The notes under the pieces: model-generated | Database searches by the model: none | What the model was told of the DNA's origin: nothing | What the model saw: the letters and a program-made list of their open reading frames with translations, nothing else | Origin: Octopus bimaculoides | Lineage: Eukaryota | Direction of reading: 5' to 3' | NCBI RefSeq assembly: GCF_001194135.2 | Contig: NC_068981.1 | Location: 41,474,748-41,538,747, forward strand | DNA length: 64,000 bases | Shown: one piece after another, positions 23,749 through 38,918 of the stretch | How the letters are laid out: every line of letters starts with the position of its first letter | Position numbering within the stretch: the first letter of the stretch is position 1 | Translations under genes and position numbers: made by a program

Positions 23749-26700
23749 GTAATTCTGGTTAAAGAAAATTCCTGAAAACAATTTTCTCATAAAATGTTCA
23801 TATTTTTCTTTTTGTCAAAATAATATATTTTTAATGTTATTTTTCAAAATAATATAAATATTAAAAGCAGAAAAAAATAAATGGATTTCAAAATATATTT
23901 TGTTGAATCAATACCAAAAAGAAAGGAAGAAACTATTGATTTCAATTTCTTTTTAATGTTTGCAGTTAGCTTGATTTGTATCTGTGTTGGCTGCAGCAGC
24001 CTCTCCATGTAAATGTATTCTATTCAGATATGTATGCAGACATGTGTAGAGGTTTGTTTGTAATCTTATTTACTGCTGATGGCTAAATATTTCTTGTTCC
24101 ATTCTGTTCATTCAAACTCAAGAATATTCTATACAACTAAATTGAAAAACAACTGTGGCTGTATGTGTTATTTTTAGACAGGGATGCTTTTTGTCTCCCA
24201 CTCTTTCTCTCCCCTATTTTCTTTTTGTCATGTTTGAAGTACTGACTCTTTTTACTTTCAATCTCCATTATTTAACTTNNNNNNNNNNATTCACCTTTAT
24301 ACCTCAGTCTTCCAATCTTCTCACTTCCCTTGAGTGACAAACATTTTTTTCTCTTTTCTTCACTCATACAGTATGCAAGGCTTGAAATTCTCCCCCATTA
24401 TCTCTGATTGGACAATCATATGCAGGAAAGATAATCAAAACTTACTAGTGACCCACAAATCTGAACAGGCTAAATAGCTACTACTTTCATAAGAGTAGTA
24501 GTTATTATGTTCAGCTTGGCAAACTAATATGATCTAACTACAGGCAAATAGTATGAAACTCTTGACATTCTCATTTATATAGATCAGCACTTTAACCAGA
24601 GGACTACTGTATCTATATATAGAATGGTTCATTTTAAAAACTACTTGCATGAAATTAGTTGACATTATAAATAGTGTTTGTTTCATGGCAGATGTATAGT
24701 TTTCATTTTTGTGCCCTATGTTTATACCTGAAGTATGAGCAAAATGAGTAACCTGTTTTATTTAAAAGCACTAAACAATAGATAGTTCTGAATTTGAATG
24801 TCACAATTCTTTTCAACTTTGTTGGCATTAGATGAACTGATCTAAAAGATTCAGAAATATACAATGTTATTCAATTAAAAGTTTTATTTTTTTTTTTCTA
24901 TCTAGCATCATGGCCCACAACACAATATCCTATCCTCTCAGAAATTCTTTTCTTAGGCTAGCTAACCTGATAAAGAATGTGTGTGTGGTGGGGTGCTTTT
25001 GCATTAATGTGTGCATATGTGTAACAAAAATATACAAAGGATATAAGTTGTCTTTGGATCAATAGCGTCATTAAGTCTGCAAGTGGTTTGAATATTTCAA
25101 GGGTTTCAGCATTTCCAATGAAAATAAGCTTACATTTTGCTCGAGTCATTGCAACATTTAATCGTCGGATATCTTTCAGGATTCCACCAGCCTAAAAACA
25201 TAAAACAATCTCAAATTATAATTTAACATGTTAAATATAAACCATATAAGCATTAACTAATCACTCATCTTTCCATTATTTGTGCTACATGTACAGCAAC
25301 AGATGGTACAAGACCTAACCATATTCAACGGTTCCTATCATCACCCTCTACACTCAACCTCTTCTGTCTGTCACAAGGTCAATGTATAAGGGTTTACATT
25401 GAATCTGTTCATATAGAATACATTCTATCACCCTTGCTATATTGCTAGTCATCAGCTATTGCTCACTGTCCCCTTGACTAAATATTACTGTCATTTATCT
25501 TTACCATTATCCAGCTCTATTATTACCCATTACTCCACTCTCACCTTAAACACAGTTTCTACTATCATACTCTTATCTCTTGTTTATACCATCTCTCTCT
25601 CTCCCTTGTTCACACTGCCTTGAGTGGATATGTATGTCAGGATAGTGAGAATTCTACTCTTATGGTATAGAAGTTAAGCTTCTTGTGTGGTGCCATGGTA
25701 ATGCACTCAATACACTTTGTAAAGTGATTAGTGATGGGAAGGGTATCCTGACATAGAAAGCAAACCAAAATATAAAGGCAAGATGTGATACTCCAACCTG
25801 TCGGTGTGGGTATGGGAGTAATCTGGATAAGAACTGACAATCCACCCAAACAGTACTGAAAGCAGACATAAAGTAATGATATGATATCAATGCAACTTCA
25901 AACATTTTTGACTCAAATTTTCATTTATCCACATACATCATGTTAGAGTAGTTTTGCTACATAAATATTTAAATTTATATCTTGTAATATGCTTGTCTAA
26001 ATGCTTTATATTTAGCTTTCCGTCAATTTCTTTGAAAGTGTGAAAATGCTCTATGAATAAGTATGGGAATAAAAATATATAAGAAAAAGTGTAAGGATAT
26101 ACTATAAGTGCAAGAAAATTTTCTATTTTAAATTTGTACAATTTCCAGTTGTGTGTGTCAAACACTAAAATTACAGTAAATATTGCAGATTCTAAAAAAC
26201 GCCAAGATTATTCAATATTAAGATAATTTTTCTTTAACATTATGGATTCTTACTTACATTGCAAGATTTTAAATTTTCTTTGGAACTGTTTCTCACAAAT
26301 GTTACTATGATTATATCTTTATCACGGCCTTGATACTGATCAACTGTATTCACCTCTACATACTGAGCAGCTTCTTTTCCGATTACATTAATCAGTGTTT
26401 GCTGGACAAGTTTTACTTGATTTCTGTATGGAGCTATAACACCAATATCACTGAGGCACATGCCATCCTAAAAGTACACAAAAAATATTAACCAAACACA
26501 CATATATATTACCTGAAGTGACATAATTGAAGAAACACAAAGAAAATTGATTACAGACAATCTAGTTTAATTGTATCCATTTTTAAACATCAATTTTGAT
26601 AAGTCTGCAGTATGGGATTTTACTCTTCTTGATCTAATGAGATCTTGTGAGATCTAATATCCTTAGATTTAATCTCTGCATTTTCTCAAGAATTTGATTA

Positions 26701-28927
26701 TTTTTAATTACTATTGAATTCATTAACAAGTTGCATAAAGTTTATTATGAAAATAAGGAATTATGACCTTAGTTCTTTAGCTGCCTCACTAGAAAAAGGA
26801 CATCACTGATACTCCATGCTGGCATAAATCTAAAACTAATTCTCTTCCTAATCAGTTGTATTATAACTTTTTTTAATACCCTTCATGACCTGATCCAGCA
26901 GTTTGATGTTTGTGTAGTACTCTTTCTTTCTAAAATATCACCTTTACTTTTAAAGTAGTTGATGATATTGCTACACCAGTCATTGGGTATTGCATTTTTC
27001 TATACAACCAAATGATGTTGAGAAAAAAGAAACAGAAAAGCAAAAGTGGATTTTTAAAATTTTCTATTTACTTACCGTTTGGAAAGCTGAGACTATCATA
27101 GCAATCAACTGTGCCTCAATGTTATTTTGAACTTCTCCTCTCGTATTGTAAGTTTCTGGAGCTGGAACCTAGAATATTGGCAATGATTAGTGCAGAAAAA
27201 TGTCACTACAATTGAACAAAAAAGATTTAAATTCTAGGATTTAGTCTTTTCTTTTTGAAACTATTTCAACAAAACAAGTAGTAAAATGCTTTTGTTAAAA
27301 TCAGATGTGAAGAAAATTCTAATGTATTAAGCAGAGCGACTGCAAAAATTCCAGCACAAAACATTACAATTCTTAGCTTTTCATAGCACTTTAGCATTAT
27401 CTGTTATTTAACTTCACTGAAATATTTAGTTTGTAAATGTTTACTAAGTAAAAGGAGTTCAGAAATTGAGTTGAAAACAGGTAAACGTATTCAACAGCTT
27501 ATGAAGTTTCACATTCAATATTCTTAGTATTCAACTCAATTTATATGAACCTAGAGAGTAATCCTGTACCAACCAAATTAGAAAAGGAAAAGTTAATTTA
27601 AATTCAGCAGCAAGAACAGTCAAAGTGATAACAAGAATTTTAGTTTTAAGAAATCAGTTTTATATATTGTGTTGTTGGCATTAAGAAAAGCATCCAACCT
27701 TAGAAAATATACCAAAGCTGACACTAAAGCTTGATGCAGCTCCATGCTTGCCAGATCCAGTCAAACTGTACAATCCTTGCCAGCATGGAAAACAGATATT
27801 AAATGATGATCATTGTTCTCCATATTAATCACTTTTAAAACATTTTATCAGTTCCTTTTTAGAAACATGGCAATTGCTGACTTTCATTCCCCCACCCCAA
27901 CTCTTCATTTAGGGAATTATCTGAAGCAGATGAAAACATTAATGGTAAACAACAGGTTGAGAGAAAAGTGTTTTGTAAGGAATGGATGAGGTGCTAAGCA
28001 ATAGTCATGCCAATAATTCAAACACTACTTTAAAGATAAATGGCATTATTACTATTTAGAAAGGCAACTATAAAAGAAAGCAAATTTCAACATCTACTTT
28101 TCGTTCTTGTATGGGTCAGAAAAATTTGTTGTGGCAGATTTTCTATGGCCAGATGCTTGTCCTGTTACCTATTTTCAAGCAAGGTAATATTTCTCATATG
28201 GCCAGACATGTTTTCCATGGATTATTGGAAATGAAAGATATCATACATGATGTCAGAACAAGGGTATACACAAGCATCTCTCTCTCTTGTGTGTGTTTAT
28301 GTTTATATATATATATATATATAGGACAGGCTTTTTCAGTTTCCATCTACCAAATCCACTCAAAAGATTTTGGTCAGCATAGGGCTGTAGTAGAATACAC
28401 TTGCCCTAGATATCAAACAGTGGGACTGAATCCAAGACCACATGTTTGAGGAAACAAGTGGCATATCATACATCAACACTTTCACCTGGTATCTGAAAAA
28501 AATAATGCTTTTCAGCTGAAAGCATTCAAGTTCCAGCCACAACTGCTGAAATATTAGTTTGTAAAAGGAAAAGAGTGCAAGAATAATAACTAACTATGCT
28601 CTGTAATATTCATATAAATAAACTATTAAAAGAAAATACCATTTTTGTATTGAGAAACAGAACTGCTTTATTCAATGCTCCACTGACAACATCTAGCATC
28701 CAGGATGGGAGATTAGATTTCTGTAAAACAACAAAAATCACAAAAATAAAATATGAATTTTATAACATTCAGAAAGTCTGAACTAAGTATAGACTGATCA
28801 CTTAATATATTTGGTAAAATAATATAACAAAATCATCATTCAATATAAAATAAACATTGAAAGTTGTGTAAGTAAAATACCTAAAAAAACTATTTCCATC
28901 AAGCTCTTCCTTACTACAGAAAATCTA

Positions 28928-28961
<34 letters not shown>

Positions 28962-31900
28962 GGACTTGGTAAATTTTTAAATTGAGTCCATCATTGCCGT
29001 TTAATATCTATTTTCCAATGAGCAACACTGAGCTCTGGTGTTGGACTTGGTATGGTTTCTATGGCTTGATGCCCTTCCTAACACCAACTGCTTTACAGTA
29101 TGCACTGGGTGCTTTTTTTCTCATGCCACCAGCACTAGTGAAGTTACCAAGTAATTCACATGAATTTCTAAGAGGTATCCTAACAGATTGTTTCAATTTT
29201 TTTTGTGTCAAACCACTCTCTAAAAGTATGCCAGTGGTGTTTACACTGATTTACATTCTATTGACTTTAATGTACCTTGGGTACAGATATCTCACACCTT
29301 CCTACAGTATGGAAGTCCTCAAAGACTACATTTATGAAATCAATGCAGGTTTAGGATACATGTGAATAATGCATGATTAGGAAGGAATGAAGTGTCACGT
29401 CATATCAACTATATCAATTTTGCTAACCCGGAAAGCTCTGCAAAAGCTGTAAAGCATCATTGCTTTTTCTCCTCAGACTAAAATGTGAAAAATATCTTAA
29501 CTAAACAAGGAATGGAATATATTAGCAACTGCTGTTTGTAACCTGCTTCAGTTAAAATAACTCTACAAAGGATAAGATAATATTTACACAGAAAATGAAA
29601 AAGACACACCCTTTTAACACACTTAGAAGGTTGAATGGTTCGTGTTGCTACTTCTTCATTACCACACTGTAGACATCCTTCATAAATCAGCTCATTTGAC
29701 AGTAACATTATCTCTCTGCAATGAAAAAAAAAGTAGTCTTTAAGTGTTCTTCCACAGCTTGCAATTTTTCTTGGAGGTGGGGAGTGGGGGAATGTGTTGA
29801 GTCAGTGTGCCAGTGGTATGAAAAAAGCACCCAGCACACATAGTAAAGCAGTTCACATTAGGAAGGGCATCCAACTATAGAAACCATGCCAAAGATGACA
29901 CTGGAGCTTGATGCAGCTCTGTACCTCACCAGTTCCCTGTCAAAGTATCCTACCCATGCAAGCAAGGAAAGTAGATGTTAAATGATGATACTGATGCAAG
30001 AATAGTAATAATCTTGACTTATTTGTATGGCCTTACAGACTGGTAGAGAAAGGGAGGAAGAAACCAGAAAACAAGCTTAATTTCAAACAACATAAACTTC
30101 AGCAAAAGCAGGCAAGACAAATGGTAGTATTAAATTGGGTTTAGCATTGACATTAAGTCTACCAACTAAAAGTAGTTGTAGTCTATTCAATAGGTTTCTG
30201 CACAGGTACAAGCTAACCAATTTCACTCACAAAACTTGCATTGTCCAAAAGTATCATCATCATCATCATTTAACGTCTGTTGTTCATGCTGGCATGGGTT
30301 GGACGGTTTGACCAGGGCTGCTCCAGCCTGATTTGGCATGGTTTCTACGGCTGGATGCCTTTCCTAATGCCAACCACTCCAAGAATGTAATGGGTGCTTT
30401 TGCTTTTACGTACCACCAGTATCTACCACGACTACGATTTCACTTTGCTTCTTCTCAAACACAGCATATTGTCAAAGTTGTCGGTCATTGCCTCCATGAG
30501 GCCCAGCGCACGAAAGGTACTTTCACATGCCACTGACATGGGTGCTAGTTACACGACACTGGCACTGGCCACATTGCCTCCATGGGAAGATATTTGTCTA
30601 AGATGACATACAAAGAGAACAAAGTTGGAACCATGTGATTGCAGAGTGTATGCCTTAAACACTAGGTTATGCATACAATGGTAGTAAATACAGGGATAAA
30701 AGTTGAATTATGCTTTGGTACGTATATACAAATACAATATATATATAAGAGCATTACCTGTTCATTCTATACTGAAGATTTAGCTGCACAGTTGCACCCT
30801 TATCTTCAAGCTCTACAAAAAGACTTTTGTCCATGCCTAAACTCCTGAAAAATGTAAAAATAGAATAAGTTTAAAGAATTATTAGCAAACGTTTTATAGA
30901 ATTACCACCACAACCACCTTATACACCCTCATCAAAAGCACCACTATATTTTCTACATTGACGTGGTATTAATATGAAGAATGAAATCGTTATGGATGAA
31001 AAAAACGAAAAAATTTTATGTGGAATTATTGGAGTAAGTTGAGGCATTGATTAAATCAACCTCAATATGCAGCAGGTACTTTGTATCATCCCTAGAAGGA
31101 TGAAAGGCAAAGTTGGTCCAAGCAGGATTTAAACAGCTGCCAAATATTCAAACCATTTCACAAGCAATGTATCTATGCTGAACTACACATCATTCCCATA
31201 CTACATTACAATATTTCAAGAGTGTCAATCCTCAGTATTTTATCTATAACTATTTATAGCAGCAACATTTCACTCACTACTGCCATCTTCATTCCTACAA
31301 CACTAAATCCTCATTGTTAATGATAGGTTTTTATTCTTTACCAAGTTAGTATAGAATGGCAGAAACAAATATGATGTTAAAATTTATGTAAGAGATGTAT
31401 AGAACAATTACAGATTTAGATTTGTTTGAATTAGATTAAATACACCAAAGTCCACAACTCTGAGATTTAATATGCACAAATAATGAAATCATGATTGGAA
31501 CACTGCCTCTTCACTTCATCTGTTAAAGCTATTATGGTAGCAAGATTAAGAACAGGACATCAATAACCCACAGAACATGGTTCTGGATTGTGGTAGCTAA
31601 ACTATGAAAAGGCAGGAAAATATTCATTTTCTTTGTTAAGAAATCTAAAACATCTCTTCAAAAAAAAAAAAAAAAAAGAGAATTTTTTGTAGTATCCCAA
31701 AATTTGGCATGCTCCCCTACACAGACTCTCCACTTATTACACTCTCCTATCAACATTTCTAACATTATCAAAAGCAGCATCTGCTTACATAATACCACAG
31801 CCTCAAGCAAGGCCAATATAAAACATTTTTCAGCATTCAGTGTCATTTCAATAACACTCACAAGCACACACACAAAAACATGCTTTTTACCCGCCAAAAT

Positions 31901-34900
31901 AACCAGCTGAATTACTTACTACACTTTATTGCAAATGAGTAGAAGTAGTTATAAATCAAAAAACATGTATATATATATATATATAGATAGATAGATATAG
32001 ATATTTTGTATAAATTTTGAAAAATTATCTATTTACTTGGCCTGATCGCTTTGGACAATAGGAGGAAGTTGTTTTGAATCTCCAACTAAAATGAATTTTT
32101 TGGCAGCAAATAAAGGGCCAAGGCACATGGGCAGCATCACTTGAGAGGATTCATCAATAATACAGACATCAAACTGACGTTGACATTGAGAAAAGAGTGT
32201 ATGGGACATGCCCACACATGTAGTTGCAACAACATTCTGGGGAAGAAAATAAAGGAAAACAGTTTACCAAAACATTGTACAAGAGCTCAGAAAATAAAAT
32301 ATTAAGCTTCAATTAAAAATATCAAGTTAAATTTCTGTTTTCATTCAGTAAAACGTTTTTCTAATCAAGTTAAAATCTAACAGACACTGTGTTATAAACT
32401 GATTTAAAATTTTAAACTCTCTCCAGAGAAAGTTTTTTGTCAACAAATTGTTTGGATAATCTCAAATGACCAAAGTTTTTCGATGCCAAGGTATTTTCTC
32501 TTCAGCTATATTGATGATGTTCATAATTAGCGTCACTACATATATTCTATCTTTTATCTTTTATTTGTTTCAGTCATTGGACTGCAGCCAAACTGAGGCA
32601 CCACCTTGAAGGGTTTAGTCAAATAAATTGACCCCAGTACATATTTTTTTTTTTTTTGTTAAAGTCTGGCACTTATTTTGTTGGTCTCTTGCCAAACTGT
32701 TAAGTTATGAGGACATAAACGATCTAACACTGGTTCTCAAGTGGTGGTGAGAGACAAACATACACTGCAATGTATTTGGTCTGCTGCACTACCATTTATG
32801 CCATTCAGTCACTATCTTCAAAACCCCAAATACTGAGTATGTAATCAAATTCACTGTGCTCTCAGGAAAGTCACACACGAGCTAAGAGAAGAGAGCATTA
32901 ATCTCTTGGCTGAAGAATTAGGAGTTATGATGAAATAAAACTGGTAATTCTGAGTATTTTCTCTTGATAAATACTTGGACAAATATCTATATTCTTACAA
33001 TGGATTCATATACAGCTTTCAATTCCTGCACAGATTTCACATTCTTAGTCAGTTCATCTGTTGAATAAGGGTAGATATCAGGGTGGATACGATCCTTCCG
33101 GCCCATACGTAAAAACTGGATTTTTTCCTAAAAAGGACAAAAATGTAATTCAAAGATTAGAACATGTATATTGAAAAAAAAAAAAAAGTATATTAGAAAC
33201 TGGTTATAGGAATTAACAGAGAAATAGAAGTTTGTCAACATTTAGATAACATTTCTGTTCATTTGTGTAACATCCATTTTCCATGTTGGCATTGGTTAGA
33301 AGTGCTTTTCCCATTGACAACCTTTTTGTTTTTTTCCAAGTACTGGGATTTATATTCCACTGGTCTTCAAAACTGCAGAGTGATTGGTCATAATCTCAAT
33401 AAAGTATGTAAACATCATTTACTATTTCACTTGAACAAAACCATGAATTGTCAGCATTCAGTCACTTCACATATACGACAGGCTTCCAACAGTTTCCATC
33501 TCTCAAATTTACTCATCAGGTGTCAAGTCAAGGCTATAGCAGAAGACACTTGCCCTAGGTATAGCACAATGGGATTTTGGTGAGTTAGTAGATGTGGGTC
33601 CCATTAGTTGTGTCATGGACATGACTACCTCTGTAGTGCTGGTGCCATGAAAAGAATACACTTAGTACACTCTATAAAGTGTTAAGTAAAGAGGAACTGT
33701 TAAGCTTGTCGAGGACATGACACCTCCAAGGATGGCACCATGAAAAAAAGCATAAAGTGGTTGGCATTAGAAAGGACATCCAGCCATCAAAGCCAAACCA
33801 AAAATGAAACTCATAAGCAAGATGAACAGTACCAGTGAAAACATAAAAAGTGGATGCAAAAGTGATAACAATACAGACACACACCATACATGTACAATTT
33901 ATATTCATTCAGAGTCAAGTGCTGATTCACTCTACATTTACTCAGTGCAGTTACTGCTTGATTGAATTCACATGGTGCAATCCTCAACTGATGTGTGAAT
34001 TTGTAATTGGAGTACAAATAGTGTGTCAAATCAATAAACATTAACTGCAATATCTGACATGAGATTTCTAAACAGATGCTGTTTTGTCTTTACAGTGAAA
34101 TACTGTGGTGGTAACATATTACAACTCCAAAAGGAATGTTAATCAAATAATCCAGTAATCACAGATTAATTAGTTGAAGTAAATAGGTAGCATTACGATA
34201 TTTCATCTACTTGGTTGCTTGGCTTCAAACCTTCACTCTCTTCCACATATACAGTAAGTAATTTAGCCAAAATTTCATATCTCAAGCACAGCATATCGCC
34301 AAAGATCAAAAAATAATATCTGAAAAATTGCAAATTTCCATTAAAAAGAAAAAAAAAACATACTTTTCTCAGTTTAAGAAGTATATTGTCAACAGCAGAG
34401 TGGGTAAAACTGGCCACTAATATTGAAATACCACTAGCAACTAGCATCTGAATGAGGGCAACTATAGTGGAAGTTTTCCCTGAAATTGAAAAAGAAAGCA
34501 AGTGTTAGAGTTTAATCTGAAGAAGTATCCAAACAAAGGTGGGATTACAGACACAGAAACATTGAAGATCTGTCTACCTACCTGTCCCTGGATAACCACA
34601 GATAACGACATAGTCTTCACTCATGAAAACCTAGAAATAGGATAAATTTCCATTAGAGCAGATGATTCATCAGTGATGAAGCTGATATTTAGCTAAGCTA
34701 GAATAACAGTGACAAGCTTTAAAATGTTAAAACTATTAGTTCAAAGAGTAGTCTATATGAATCCTACCACAAGAATTAAGTTGTACTTTAGATCTAGGTC
34801 AGCCCTGATAAAGCAGGCCTATGATCCAACCTTGATCATTTCAAGTTATTTTCAATCAATTTTACCTATGATCTCATACATAAGCTTGTGGATTTCATTT

Positions 34901-37900
34901 CCAATGTGACGAACAAGATGTACTCTTAGTCAAGGCACTTCAATTCATGCTGTTCCAGTCAAGCCAGCTAGTAAACTAAGTATTAAGACTGACAGAGCAC
35001 CAGGTCATCATCAAGTAGTGAAGCACTACATCTTTACTCTTTTGTTTTTTATCTATCGCAAGGTCACATTATTCAATATATTTTTTATCCCTTTTGAAAT
35101 AAAATTCAGATGCAATTCGAGGGACATTTAGCTAGGTCAAGAAACAGACTACAGGCTTCTTTGTTGGCTTGTAATGCATTCACAAGTACTGTGTTATGTT
35201 ATTCAACAAGAAACACGATCCTACTTTGACAGGGATCAAAAAGAATTGCTATTTCACAAAAATGATACAGCTGATCAAAATGTGTCTGAATAAAACACAA
35301 GGTAATATTCTTGTGCAAAGCTTGCTGCTGTTCTATAAACTGAAGTATCTAGAATTGTTTTGTCTAGTGGAATACAAATTTTTAAGTCAAAAGTCAATAG
35401 CCTTATAATAATTTGCCACTCAAAAAACAGGAAGCACTTTTTCTTCATTGATATATCAGCATTAAAATTAATTAGGTTGCAAAATCTTTACACAAATAAT
35501 CTATTAAAATACTTAGATTTGCAGAGACATTCCAATATAGCGGAACTTAGTGTGACAATAGTTTATTTTCAACAAATCTATTCAATCAATGCTATTATGG
35601 AAAAATGGTAATTCAATCAATAATTGTTTCAAATTTTTACACAAGGCCAACAATCTTAGGGGGAGGGGGATAGTTGATAACATCAACTCCAGTATTTGAC
35701 CCTGAAATGATGAGATTTGAACTAAGAGTGTAAATAATGTTAGTGGTGCTGATGATTGTACTGGTGGCATAATGATTACAATGTGAGCAACACTGGAAGT
35801 GATTCAGAAAACAAGCAATGAAAAGGAAGATAAAATCATAGATTCACCTTTAAAAGTGCCACTTTTTGAAGTTTGTTTAAAGGCTTGAAAATAGATTTAA
35901 CTAAAATAAAAAAAAAGGGAGAAATAAAAATTTAAGTTAATAAAACAGTTGGAGAAAGAAATAAAAAAAACACTCAAGGATTTATAATTATGCTCCAATT
36001 CTAAGTTTTCTCTCAACTGAGTAGGCATATTTCAAAAAGTTAGCATTGAAGGAAACTAAAGCTAGTCAAATAATACCTTATGAATAAACCAAGTTTAAAA
36101 CCTTTAGAAGCTCAGAATACCCAAACTATTATTCTTATACTTAACAACAACAAACTAGTTTCTTTTTGGTGCACACTCATTATATATCCTTTTCAAATGT
36201 ACCTAAGCTACAGAAAATGCAGGTAAACATCATTTATAAGTAACAAATAAAACCTGACAGGTGCAGAATATGATTTCTTTTCCTTTTAGAATCATGCATA
36301 TCTTCAATCCTTGACAATTGTTACCTGCATTTATCAGATTTCAAGCTAACAAGGGAGCATGTATATAGTTGCTTGATTTGCTAGAAATATCTGCCAAATT
36401 TTACTTGGCCATTTAATAAAAAAAGACACTCCTAGATATGATATGCTTAGAAAAAAAGACAAGACGGTCCAAGCTGGAAGGCTTTTGATCATAGGTTACT
36501 TGAGTAAAGTTTACTTCAGGTAAACTGACAGTAACTAACAGATCTTTTTTCCCCCCACTTTTTCCTAAATTTTCCATGTATCCTCTTGTATCTCCCCTCA
36601 CTGCTACTTGATTTATTTCTGTAGTACACCTAATTATGATTATTATACTCATTATGATAATTACATCTTTTCTGACTTGACTAATATCTAATAAATACAA
36701 CAAAACATTGCACATCAGTTATAACAGATTAAAATGTTTTACTAATGAAACAAGATTAAGTTATAAGACCAAATGACAAGTAGTAAATAACGTTTCCTCA
36801 ATTCAAACTAGTAAGAATGTGGCATAGCAGCAAAACATCCCACTGAAGATTAACTGCCAGTTAATCTTAATCCACATGTAAAATATACTCAACAACCAAC
36901 TGTAATGATAAGCAAGATTTCAGTCAACATACTCAGGCACTGCCATTGAGAAATGTAGAGATCTAAACCCCACTTGGCATCTGACTTCAACAAGGTATTT
37001 GACAGCATACACAAACCTTCATTTAGTAATGTAGCATTCTTAAAGTTGTTATCATGGAAATCAAACATGCCAACAGAAAATATTGTGTCAAGACTGAAAA
37101 CAAGTACTAGCAGCTGATTCAAAATGCTGACAGAAGTACACTGAGAATGCTTTCTATCACTTGTATTTGCCCTGGCCTATGATTGGGTGCTGAAGAAAGC
37201 TACCCAAAGAAAGGACATACAAATTGCTATCCTAGAAAAAATACGAAATAAAAAATAAAAAGGTAAAATAAGCCTAAATAAGCTTCAATTTATTAAAAAA
37301 AAAAAAAAAAAATGAACAGGTGCTCTTCATTCTTAGTCAAGTTTTAGAAAGTGGTGATTTAAAATCTTACCTTTCTGAACAGTGCTTTTTCCTAATGTTG
37401 AATGCACTCTAGGTTTTTCATGGTCAATTATCAATTGTCTTAATCTTTCACTGAAAATAAGACATGTTACTGATTAAATTATTTACTCAAGAATTACATT
37501 TTACACAATACTATGAAAAATATATAAAGTCTATATATATTATGAAAATAGATGTTGTGTATAGACATGTAAGTGCTCAGCAACAGAAAAACAGTAAAAA
37601 AAAGGAGAGTAATGGCAGAACATATACTGCAGAAAGAGAGACTGCTGAGAAAGATATACAAATTGTATTATGTAAACTACAGACAAGAGAAGAATTTTGA
37701 TATTTTGGCATCTTTGTTACTGTTTTAATGCTATATTATACTTGTAATTTCATTTGATGTTAGGTGTTACAGTAAACAAACCTGACTTCAGTATTCTACA
37801 AAATATCAATGTTAACAGTAACGAACAAATATATTAACAATGCCAACAATAGCTAATGCAGTTTTACATTATATGAAACATCAATATAAAACTACCTTTT

Positions 37901-38830
37901 GTGACCTCTATCAGTGGATAAGAAAACTTTAATAACAAAACTTTTTTACCTGTGAGCAGTATTTGCCATTAAAGTTATCAGATTATTATAGCATGTGCCC
38001 CAATTCTCCCAGTCAGAACATTTGTCGACTTTGAAAATTTCTGTATTAACATTGAGGTGGTCATCAAAGCTCCTGGAATGAAAATGAATGAAATTATGTC
38101 ATTATGTAAATGAAAAGGATTCTGAAACTTTTAGTTAGTTATTCTTTGTTCTGTTCTTTTGTGGTCTGGGTCAATCAGATCATATATGTCACAGTTCCTT
38201 GGGAAGACTAGGCCACCTATAGACATGACGCTAACATTATAATTATAAATGTAACTGGTTCTTTCATATCTAAACTGAAGATTAATAGCTACTATCTACT
38301 CAACAGAATAACTTTGATAGTGGGTGTATCTTATCTTGGAGCACAATTGAATAACTTTGGCAGTAGTCAAACGAATTTTAGTTTTGCTTTAACCCATTCA
38401 TGAGAAAAAAACACCCGAATTGCATGGATGTACCTCTTTACATTTAAACCAAAATATTGAAATAATTTGTCATACATTAGTGGTAACACGATTTCACTAG
38501 ATAAAGATTTCCTTTACACAGTATGACATTTCTATAACTTAATGTTGTGGTCACTGAAACTTTTTGCTTTTTTTTCCAAATCATTTTTTATTTCTGTAAT
38601 GGCCTATCATCATCTCAACTTAACATTGACTTTTCCATATTCACATATGTTGGATGGAATTTTACTGAGGCAGATTTTCTATGGCCAGATGCCCTTCCTA
38701 TCACCAACCCTCACCTGTTTCCTGACAAGGTAAGATTTTACCTATGATTAGTACTCAAAGAAGATTGGAATTGAAAGACACTGCTTACAAAACAGTGACA
38801 AGGCAAGGAGACAGTAACACACACACACAC

Positions 38831-38918
<88 letters not shown>

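Noticed and set aside
28881-28924. 44-nt exon-like segment on minus after a long poly-T tract ([14 protein letters not shown])
   Set aside because: It would break the frame; the flanking exons already join in phase 0 without it.
32130-32165. Walker B reads DESSQ rather than DEASQ
   Set aside because: Ser at this position occurs in active UPF1-like SF1B helicases (DESTQ); all other motifs are intact.
36413-36715. 100-aa minus-strand ORF in a DNA2 intron
   Set aside because: No recognisable domain or convincing splice sites; the DNA2 frame is complete without it.
36889-37122. 77-aa minus-strand ORF
   Set aside because: Antisense to a LINE RT remnant.
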